Below are positions 41,438-53,000 of a stretch of 64,000 nt of DNA, piece by piece. A program made the position numbers and the translations under genes. A model generated the notes under the pieces. That model was not told the DNA's origin, did no database searches, and saw nothing but the letters and a program-made list of their open reading frames with translations. Numbering within the stretch: position 1 is the first letter of the stretch; each line of letters opens with the position of its first letter. The stretch is from Bugula neritina (lineage: Eukaryota; Animalia; Bryozoa), in NCBI GenBank assembly GCA_964035545.1, contig OZ037771.1, positions 383,628 through 447,627 of the forward strand. The letters are read 5' to 3'.

Positions 41438-44400
41438 TCACAGTGGTTTCAGAAGATTAGAGGAAATTATGGCAGCCAGAAAAATTAGACCGAGATTTCT
41501 GTTAGACTTGAACTTTTTTAGACAGTCATTTGGATCATCCAGATTTACTGAGTAAATCTAAAACATCGCAGTCACATGACATAAGAGAGAGTCACATGAC
41601 ATAAGAGAGTCACATGACATAAGAGAGTCACATGACATAAGAGAGTCACATGACAGAAGAGAGTCACATGACAGAAGAAATAAGTCACATTACCAGAGAG
41701 AAGTCAAAACGGCTTACTTACCTGGTGGGAGAGGTGACCAATAACTGCCGCTACACCCGCGTAGTACGGCCACGTCTGATCCGAGGCTATGCCAGTTAGC
41801 AACAGTCCAGGAAGCATTGCGGCAGTGAATCCACTCAACCAGAACTTGCTGTTCTCACCAAATCGGAGAGCCGTTGACTTCACCCCAACCTTCACATCAT
41901 CTTCCTTGTCCTAGAATATCTAGTCTATTAGCACATCAGAATATCTAGTTTATTAGCACATCAGAATATCTAGTCTATTAGCACCTCAGAATATCTAGTC
42001 TATTAGCACATCAGAATATCTAGTCTATTAGCACATCAGAATATCTAGTCTATTAGCACATCAGAATATCTAGTCTATTAGCACATCAGAATATCTAGTC
42101 TATTAGCACATCAGAATATCTAGTCTATTAGCACATCAGAATATCTAGTCTATTAGCACATCAGAATATCTAGTCTATTAGCACATCAGAATATCTAGTC
42201 TATTAGCACATCAGAAATCATCACCACAAACAGGAAGATTGAATAAACAGGAAACATCGGCATGTTACATTAAGGAAACGAAAGGCTGAGATGGGATATC
42301 TAAGTATGACTTTCAACACTAACAAACAACTAACTGTTTGAACATACAGCACCAGGACTAGTATCTAACAACCAGTGTATGTGTGCTGCAACCAGTATAG
42401 AGCACTTACACAGCCTGCCACATTTGACAGTCTAACCATCAGGGTAGACATGCTATAAATACAAATACAGATGCCATAATCTCTCTCTGGTCAGAGGAAA
42501 TTAGCCACCCCAGTGTAAACAGAAATTAGAATGACTACATATCCTACGAGAGAGAGATATTACCTGTTCGGGTAGATATATTACCTGTTCAGGTAGATAT
42601 ATTACCTATTCAGGTAGATATATTACCTGGTGAGAGTATATCGAGTCAAATATCATTGTCCAGCACACGGCGGCTGAGTAAAGAGGAAGCACAACAAGCC
42701 AATCACATTGACCAATCACAGCACTGCTACCAAGTAGTATACCCCAATTCAACGTCACACCTAAACAAGTGGCTGCAGTTAGTTATTCCAGCATGTTTGG
42801 GAGAGAAATACCTGATGGGCGTATATAGTGTCATATGCTAAAGTCCAGAGTATACAAGAGCAATAAAGAGGTAAGACAGAGCTAACATCTATACTACTCT
42901 GAACAGCGGCCCATCCCAACACAGCTCCCCAGTTGAATGTTAAACCTATAACAAAAGTATAGCCTATAGAGTGGAGAGCTCAATGAAGTTAGGGGGGGGG
43001 GGAGCTCACTGTACTGAGCTATTCTCCATTAAAATAGTCTGTGTTGAGTGTTTCATTTTTGAGTGAGTTCAACCAATGAGATTGCAAGCTGGCCGACAGA
43101 GCTAGATGCTAGTGAATCTGTAATTATTAAAAGAAGGGAGCTTTTTGGCAGAACTATATGCAGAAACAATAAAACTTATCGAAAAAAGCTGCTGTTGTAT
43201 ATAATATATATACATTGCGACATGTACATAGATATACATTGTAACTTGTACATGATATACACAGTGAAGTGTATGAATACATGGTATACGTACCCAGAGC
43301 AATCTGTGGCCAATAAGTGAATCTTTTAAACAGAGGATAAGTTGTTACAAACAGGAGAGAGGCAGCACCGACAGCAATACTGAAACACATGTTACAAGTT
43401 TAATTCAGTATTGTAAGTTGTCTGCCCTAAAGTAGAGGTGACATGTAAGTTGTCTTCCCTAAAGTAGAGATGACATGTAAGTTGTCTTCCCTAAAGTAGA
43501 CACATAATGTAAGTTGTTTTCCCTAAAGTAGACATGTAATGTAAGTTGTCTTCCCTAAAGTAGAGATGTAATGTAAGTTGTCTTCCCTATAGTAGACATG
43601 TAATGTAAGTTGTCTTCCCTAATATAGAGATGTAATGTAAGTAAAACGCACACCTGTACATGTTGAGCTGAAGAAGTATCCCTAAACCAGCCGTCATCTG
43701 TACAGCAAGGAATGTCCAGGCTTGTGGGTAAGTTATTTGACCAGAGGCTAGGGGGCGGTCTTTTGTTCTTGCAACCTAAGTCGTATATGTAGATATCACG
43801 TTATTCCATACATTAATACACATGTTATGGGTAGCAAGATACATCTATAAAAGCGACATTGTAAAGTGTATACAATACCTACATACCTGGGTGTCAAAGT
43901 CCCTGTCCCACATGTCATTAATAGTACAGCCAGCCCCTCTCATGATGAGGGAGCCAGCGCCAAACAGAGATAGAAGGTACAAGTCAGGTAGGGAGCCTGG
44001 AGCTGCAGCTAAGGATATGCTCCACGTACAAGGTAGGTATAACAGCCATGTTCCTGGAGTATGTACAGTACTATGTATCATATAACATCATGTAATACAC
44101 AGCTTGTTGAATACATTATTTGTAACCATCACACAAAAACTTAAGCAAAGAAAAAACATTCAAATGATAGTACATTTGTAATGTAGACAGTGCAGAAAGT
44201 ACAAGTAGTGCACGCAGTACAGGCAAGTTTTACCAATGGGTCGGTCGATTCTCATTAGCTTGAGGTATGGCTGGATAGCCTGAGGTGCTGTGTCAACTAG
44301 GTCTTTAGCTTTGTATGAGCTGATACACCTTGAAGATTTCTGGTGGTGTGATGAAACATTTTTGGAGGAATACTTACATTTAATACAACTAGATGTATTA

Positions 44401-44537
44401 CGGCAGTAACTTGAAGACTCGAGAGTAATATTTAGTTTTGATATCAAATAATATTTATCAACATCAAGTCGAGCAAATGAATTGAGAAATAATTTACTCT
44501 GTGCCTTTTGGAAGCACCGAAAAGAGGATATCATCAT
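41438..44537 (-). CDS. COQ2: 4-hydroxybenzoate polyprenyltransferase, mitochondrial, with mutually exclusive exons 42945-42812 and 42760-42627
   Basis: [13 protein letters not shown]|[53 protein letters not shown]|[28 protein letters not shown]...LLKPL*. Confidence 0.96.
41570..41677. repeat. 18-bp repeat containing GTCACATGAC in the last COQ2 intron
   Basis: 6 copies. Confidence 0.9.
41912..42215. repeat. 25-bp minisatellite abutting a COQ2 acceptor
   Basis: About 12 copies of AGAATATCTAGTCTATTAGCACATC. Confidence 0.95.
42627..42760 (-). CDS. COQ2: COQ2 alternative exon, rhodoquinone (coq-2e) type
   Basis: 134 nt; [15 protein letters not shown]...[10 protein letters not shown]; intact TTTAG|G and CAG|GTAATA sites. 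Confidence 0.9.
42812..42945 (-). CDS. COQ2: COQ2 alternative exon, ubiquinone (coq-2a) type
   Basis: 134 nt; [15 protein letters not shown]...[10 protein letters not shown]. Confidence 0.92.
43412..43642. repeat. About 31-34 bp minisatellite in a COQ2 intron
   Basis: About 7 copies of TGTAAGTTGTCTTCCCTAAAGTAGA... Confidence 0.9.
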
Positions 44538-47030
44538 AATACAATCAAGTAAAGTCACGCTTTTGTTTTTATTTGACAGTCAAGTGACACCTTGAGATAC
44601 ACGGCTCTGTTTTAGATACTTCTACTTCATTTTTCTACAACAAAACAAAGAGTTTAGGCTAAAAATAACAAAGCTCAGAGCTGAGGGTATAGCATTAGCT
44701 TTAGTTTACATATATCATTCATTATGATTATATGATTATCATCATGTCTGCAGTTTGAAATTGTGACTCAGAAAATTGTTTAAATCAGCATCAAAGAAAA
44801 ACTAAATATAAATTTTGAGAAAAAAACACCAAGTCAATAGGCATAGCATACTGATAATTATAGTTAATGTTATACTTATAGTCATAAACATGGTGATCCT
44901 GATCATGCTGATGGTGATACGCCTACGATTTCTTTTATAATAATTATAATAACATGATAATGATAGGCTTATTTAATATTAAAAAGTTTTTGTAGTAAAC
45001 AGTTAACATCTTAAAAATACTTAAATGCTGATAATTTATGGAAACAAGAATTAATATTAAATAATATTAATAATTCAAGTCAAGTAATTAGCTTTACACC
45101 TCTTTCTAAACTGAGCACTGAGCGGAACGGTAGTTAATAAGAAATGTATAAACTTGCACGAGTTGAATGAAAACCAGAAAATCCTATGCTGTCAAAGTGG
45201 TTCGTAGAGGTATTAATCGGAACTTTCTGTCTACAACTAACTAAACAATAATTAGGAAAATTGCTAGAAACTAGCTACTAATTTTTTTTTCCACTCGAAG
45301 CTTCCTGTTACAAAATGCAATAATAAAGCTACTGCAGAAGGCTTAGAGAGTAATTATTATATTCAATTTTTTATTATGCAACAGGAAATAATGATCAAAC
45401 CAACAAGTGTAATACTATGAATCAGAATTCAAATCTGTTTTTGTGATTATTTCAATGAAAAAGTTGTAGTATCTGAAAAAAATGTAAGTATAAGTATTAG
45501 CCTTAGGATAGTCTAGTATAACTATAACTTTAACTAATAACTATAAGTATTACTTTTACTTTTAGTACAACTAATAAACTATAGTATTAGTATTACTATT
45601 AGTATTACTATTACTAGTAGTATAAGTATAATTTTAAGCTGAAGTTGTATTACTGTTGGTGTTACTATTTTAGCTTGAAGTTGGGCACATAATGATGATC
45701 AAATTGATATTGATGCTTATTACTATTACTATTAGTATTGCTAATACTAATACTAATAGTAATAAGCATCAATATTAGTTATTAACTACGATTGTCATTA
45801 TGATTATGATTGTGTGAATCAGAATGCTTGTGACTCTAACTGTGATTTACTTAACAGTTACTGTGCGACTGCGTTTTGAGTTATGATATTGAAATAGTAA
45901 TTCAAAATTGAGTCATTAATAGTATTGCTATTACTATTACTATTAGTATTAGTATTACTATAAGTATAAGTATAACTATAAATATTAGCCTAATGTAATT
46001 AAACTAAAAGACAAAAAATTATAGTGGCTACGATGTGAAAATGATTTACTATAAATTTTTGTTTAAATTTTGTTTTAGGTAAATTTAAATGTGCAGAAAT
46101 GTAAGTTCGAAATTTTTATTGGAATATAGAAAATTCGAATTATAACTAATACTAATGATTGAAGAAAAAGCGTTCAATTAAAATTAAAAAGTGGCTGTTT
46201 CAATAATGCTTATTTATGTTTATATTGTTCAACTAAAATTTAGTCTTATTATTTTTGTTAATATGGTGATCATAATAACAGCTAAAGCCAAACTATGTTT
46301 TGTTTTAGCTGATATTTTCATTTAATTGTTATTGTATGTAGATTTTTGTATGGATGTGATAATCTTATTGTTAATGGTTAATTGAATACATAACTCAAAT
46401 TGCTTTCTGGTTAAACACAAATAAGTTCTCACCAAGCTAACAACAGACACTTTGCTGTCAATCATTCACAGCTTTGTCTGGCTGCTGTGGACCTTGTCAA
46501 TAGTTTTTATCTTTTTTCACTAAATAATCTTTTTCTGCATTCAACTAAAAAAATAAGCAAAATATATTTCACTGTATAACAAGCATTGCTTGTTCAGCCA
46601 CCAACACACTTTCTATTAAATCTTAGAGATTTAGTGAGTGTAGCTAAAGCTCTTACATAGCTAAGTTCTCTATTAGGTAGCTAAATAGATCTGTCACTTA
46701 AAACATGCACAACAGTGTCACCTACTTGCTGTCTTGTATTTAATCATTTGACATCAGATGAAATATCTTTACATAACACACAACTAAGTATCTCTACATA
46801 ATAAACAACTAAGCATCTTTACATAACACACAACTAAGCATCTTTACATAACACACAACTAAGCATCTTTACATAACACACAAAGTATTATTAGTTATTC
46901 AGCTCATCTTTAAAAGAGAGGCTTAAAGTTTTATAGCTTTTATAAAAGTATTTTAATGTATGTATTTAGGAAAAGTTTCAGCATGAATAGGTAACCAATT
47001 GCAAGAGTTTGTAACCATGTAACTTGTCTC

Positions 47031-49960
47031 TAAGTATATATCTACTCTGTCACAGGTATATTATAAGTATATATCTACTCTGTCACAGGTATATTATAAG
47101 TATATATCTACTCTGTCACAGGTATATTATAAGTATATATCTACTCTGTCACAGGTATATTATAAGTATATATCTACTCTGTCACAGGTATATTATAAGT
47201 ATATATCTACTCTGTCACAGTTATATTATAAGTATATATCTACTCTGTCACAGGTATATTATAAGTATATATCTACTCTGTCACAGGTATATTATAAGTA
47301 TATATCTACTCTGTCACAGGTATATTATAAGTATATATCTACTCTGTCACAGGTATATTATAAGTATATATCTACTCTGTCACAGGTATATTATAAGTAT
47401 ATATCTACTCTGTCACAGGTATATTATAAGTATATATCTACTCTGTCACAGTTATATTATAAGTATATATCTACTCTGTCACAGGTATATTATAAGTATA
47501 TATCTACTCTGTCACAGGTGTATTATAAGTATATATCTACTCTGTCACAGGTATATTATAAGTATATATCTACTCTGTCACAGGTATATTATAAGTATAT
47601 ATCTACTCTGTCACAGGTATATTATAAGTATATATCTACTCTGTCACAGGTATATTATAAGTATATATCTACTCTGTCACAGGTATATTATAAGTATATA
47701 TCTACTCTGTCACAGGTATATTATAAGTATATATCTACTCTGTCACAGGTATATTATAAGTATATATCTACTCTGTCACAGGTATATTATAAGTATATAT
47801 CTACTCTGTCACAGGTATATTATAAGTATATATCTACTCTGTCACAGGTGTATTATAAGTATATATCTACTCTGTCACAGGTATATTATAAGTATATATC
47901 TACTCTGTCACAGTTATATTATAAGTATATATCTACTCTGTCACAGGTATATTATAAGTATATATCTACTCTGTCACAGGTGTATTATAAGTATATATCT
48001 ACTCTGTCACAGGTATATTATAAGTATATATCTACTCTGTCACAGGTATATTGTAAGTATATATCTACTCTGTCACAGGTATATTATAAGTATATATCTA
48101 CTCTGTCACAGGTATATTATAAGTATATATCTACTCTGTCACAGGTATATTATAAGTATATATCTACTCTGTCACAGGTATATTATAAGTATATATCTAC
48201 TCTGTCACAGGTATATTATAAGTATATATCTACTCTGTCACAGTTATATTATAAGTATATATCTACTCTGTCACAGGTATATTATAAGTATATATCTACT
48301 CTGTCACAGGTGTATTATAAGTATATATCTACTCTGTCACAGGTATATTATAAGTATATATCTACTCTGTCACAGGTATATTATAAGTATATATCTACTC
48401 TGTCACAGGTATATTATAAGTATATATCTACTCTGTCACAGGTATATTATAAGTATATATCTACTCTGTCACAGGTATATTATAAGTATATATCTACCCT
48501 ATCACAGGTATATTATAAGTATATATCTACTCTGTCACAGGTATATTATAAGTATATATCTACTCTGTCACAGGTATATTATAAGTATATATCTACTCTA
48601 TCACAGGTATATTATAAGTATATATATACCCTATCACAGGTATATTATAAGTATATATCTACTCTGTCACAGGTATATTATAAGTATATATCTACCCTAT
48701 CACAGGTATATTATAAGTATATATCTTCTCTGTCACAGGTATATTATAAGTATATATCTACTCTGTCACAGGTATATTATAAGTATGTATCTACTCTGTC
48801 ACAGGTATATTATAAGTATATATCTACTCTGTCACAGGTATATTATAAGTATATATCTACTCTGTCACAGGTATATTATAAGTATATATCTACTCTGTCA
48901 CAGGTATATTATAAGTATATATCTACTCTATCACAGGTATATTATAAGTATATATCTACTCTGTCACAGGTGTATTATAAGTATATATCTACTCTGTCAC
49001 AGGTATATTATAAGTATATATCTACTCTATCACAGGTATATTACTCGTATAAGTATATATCTACTCTGTCACAGGTGTATTATAAGTATATATCTACTCT
49101 GTCACAGGTATATTATAAGTATATATCTACTCTGTCACAGGTGTATTATAAGTATATATCTACCCTGTCACAGGTATATTATAAGTATATATCTACCCTA
49201 TCACAGGTATATTATAAGTATATATCTTCTCTGTCACAGGTATATTATAAGTATATATCTACTCTGTCACAGGTGTATTATAAGTATATATCTACTCTGT
49301 CACAGGTATATTATAAGTATATATCTACTCTGTCACAGGTATATTATAAGTATATATCTACTCTGTCACAGGTATATTATAAGTATATATCTACTCTGTC
49401 ACAGGTATATTATAAGTATGTATCTACTCTGTCACAGGTATATTATAAGTATATATCTACTCTGTCACAGGTGTATTATAAGTATATATCTACTCTGTCA
49501 CAGGTATATTATAAGTATATATCTACTCTGTCACAGGTATATTATAAGTATATATCTACTCTGTCACAGGTATATTATAAGTATATATCTACTCTGTCAC
49601 AGGTATATTATAAGTATATATCTACTCTGTCACAGGTATATTATAAGTATATATCTACTCTGTCACAGGTATATTATAAGTATATATCTACCCTGTCACA
49701 GGTATATTATAAGTATATATATACCCTATCACAGGTATATTATAAGTATATATCTTCTCTGTCACAGGTATATTATAAGTATATATCTACTCTGTCACAG
49801 GTGTATTATAAGTATATATCTACTCTGTCACAGGTATATTATAAGTATATATCTACTCTGTCACAGGTGTATTATAAGTATATATCTACTCTGTCACAGG
49901 TATATTATAAGTATATATCTACTCTGTCACAGGTATATTATAAGTATATAGCTACTCTGT
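47031..49960. repeat. 33-bp minisatellite (TAAGTATATATCTACTCTGTCACAGGTATATTA), about 89 copies
   Basis: 2.9-kb array upstream of the KIDINS220 ATG exon; source of the spurious 975-aa and 814-aa ORFs. Confidence 0.98.
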
Positions 49961-50090
49961 AGTTTGGTGTAATGCTAACTCACAATATAGTAATTAGTGC
50001 TACTCTATCTCCTTGTAAATGATTGACAAGCCAGTTCTCTTGTTAAATTAGGTGAGTTTTCCACTTTTGTAGCTTGTGTACTCAGTAGTG

Positions 50091-53000
50091 ATGGATAGTA
50101 ACATGGAGATGGTAGAAGTAAAGCCCACTACTGCCAGACTTCATGTACCCAAGTCTAGGTTTCATGTCAAGAAGATTTACAGCAGGTAAGTCTAAGTTCT
50201 TTACTGACTGGAAATATGCTGCTCAAGTTGGCTGAGATTAACTTAGACTTAGATCTATAGAATTATTCATCCAATAAAAGGAAGAACGCCAACCGATATA
50301 GTAAAGTTGTACTATGTGTTAGCTATAGTCTGGGCTTATGCTAGCCCAAGTTCTGTGAGAGTTTTAATACTATGTAACCTGATATGTCTCGTAGATCTAC
50401 TTCCATGTGATGTTAGCCTAAGTTCTACTTAGGTTCTGCTTTATTACCTGTTAATTAGTTTCTCTAATATTTATCTTATTATACATTATATACTGTTTCA
50501 TAGCACAGGCTTTAGTTAATTTACAATATAATGTAGTGTGTGCTATTATATAATGTAGTGTGTGCTAATATATAATGTAGTGTGTGCTATTATATAATGT
50601 AGTATGTGTATATATATAATATAGTATGTGTATATATATAATATAGTATGTGCTATTATATAATGTAGTATGTGCTATTATATAATGTAGTATGTGCTAT
50701 TATATAATGTAGTGTGTGCTAATATATAATGTAGTGTGTGCTATTATATAATGTAGTATGTGCTATTATATAATGTAGTATGTGCTATTATATAATGTAG
50801 TATGTGCTAATATATAATGTAGTGTGTGCTATTATATAATGTAGTGTGTGCTATTATATAATGTAGTATGTGCTAATATATAATGTAGTGTGTGCTATTA
50901 TATAATGTAGTGTGTGCTATTATATAATGTAGTATGTGCTATGTTGTAATAGTGCAGAAAATAGTCAGAAAGTTTGACACATTCTCCAAACCTATACAAT
51001 TAATTTTGTATGCAAACATTCCAAGGGGCTGTAATTATGTGTATTTATTCCTTCTACCTCCTTCTACCTTCTACCCTGGTATGAATATTTAGTATTTACA
51101 CTATACTAAACTGTCTACTACACTCTATACTATATACACTATCTATACTATATACATTCTACACTATATACACTATCTCTACTGTCTACAATATATAATA
51201 CACTATCTACACTATATACACTGTCTATAATATATAATACACTGTCTGTATTGTATACATTATCTATACTACATTATCTAGACTCTAGAGAGAGGTGTAA
51301 CAGTGGCCCATACTCTAACTCAACTGGTGTAATGCTAATTTTATGTATAACCACAATGGGAGGTGCCCCACTGCCTCCACTGCCTCTATATATACTCAGT
51401 ATACTATATATATACATACAGTATACTATATAGAAACATGCAGTCTAGTGTGTGACACATGGGAGGGTGGCCTGCCCTGATCTTCTACTCAACTCTACAT
51501 TAAAATTCAACATACGTATTCTCTCTCAGGGGTGTGAATGAGTCTTTTTTATTTTTAACTTCACTTTTACTTCTGGCGTTGAAGAGGTTTGATGGTAAGT
51601 TGTGCTGGTGAGCAGCTCTACAACAGAGAGGTTTGCTTTTTATTAATTTTGAAATAAATTTAGAAATAAATTTAGAAATAAAATCCATTTATTAGAATAA
51701 TATAAACTAATGTTTGGATAACATCTTCAACCCTCCGATTCTTTACTATGTCATGTTATTCTTACATGTTATTCTTACATGTTATTATGTTAATATTATA
51801 TTGTATTATATTATATTATATTGTATTATATTATATTATCTTATATTGTATCATATTATATTATATTGAATTATATTATGTTGTATTATAATATTATGTT
51901 GTATTATAATTAATGTATTACATTGTATTATATTGTATTATATTGTATTGTATTGTATTGAATTATATTATGTTGTATTGTATTATATTATGTTGTATTA
52001 TATTGTATTATATTATATTGCATTATATTGTATTACATTGTATTATGTTATATTATTATGGCATTGCTGTGTTAGTGTACTAAGCAATTGGGTCGTTTGT
52101 GAGTACATTTATTGCATGTGGTTTTTATATAGTTAATTAGTTTATATAATTTATTTGTTTATTTATATAGTATTTTGTTTATTAGTTTATATAGTGTATT
52201 AATTTATATAGGTTTTTTGATAGTTAGTCTATTAGTTAATATAATCTATATATTTATATGCCTATATAGGAGTAGTTTAGAAACTAACGAGCTAAGCTGA
52301 TGTATTGAAGCTGTGCTGTTGGTTAGGCAATGTGTACTAGAATCTAGTATTTTGTTTACTTTAATTTGTTAGTAAAATTCTATTGCAGTTGAAACATGAA
52401 CTCCAACATAATTATATTTTAATAGATTCTAAATTTAGAAGAAGTTATTTATCTATAGAAACAAGCTACTAGCAATATACTTTCTCCTACTTTCTACCAG
52501 AGTGTTCTCACTAGATGATATGATCTGGTGGTGGTTGGGTACATGGTAGATAATATACAGAGTCAACTCAGGGTATTATAATTTTCTCTGTGTGTTGCAG
52601 GCTGCACCAGGAGCTGGTGACTCACATTGAGAAAGGCAGCACGGAGGTGGCAGCTAACCTCATCAGAGGTCAGCAGGGAGAACTCAACCATGTGGATGAG
52701 GTACACTTGAGTATTTTATTATGTAACTGATGTGAGAATATAACTTAGCTCTTACCTAACCCATCTTCTTATAACTTTTCTTAAGGCTCTTGGTTTGGTT
52801 TGACAATCTAGGTGAAGTAATTATTGGTGGAGTTTTCTAACTATTACAATATACTGTGGGATTATCTTCTCATCGGAACCCAATTTCTTTCAATTCATCT
52901 TTTAATTTTAGTTCTTATATTCGATCTTTGAGAAAAGTAAAAGATAAAAAGTCTACAGATAGTAATGATAATATAATGTAAGTAGCTCGCAGGCTGGGCT

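Noticed and set aside
47024-49962. 975-aa and 814-aa ORFs
   Set aside because: Translations of a 33-bp satellite that lacks stops in two frames; no true ATG context or protein features.
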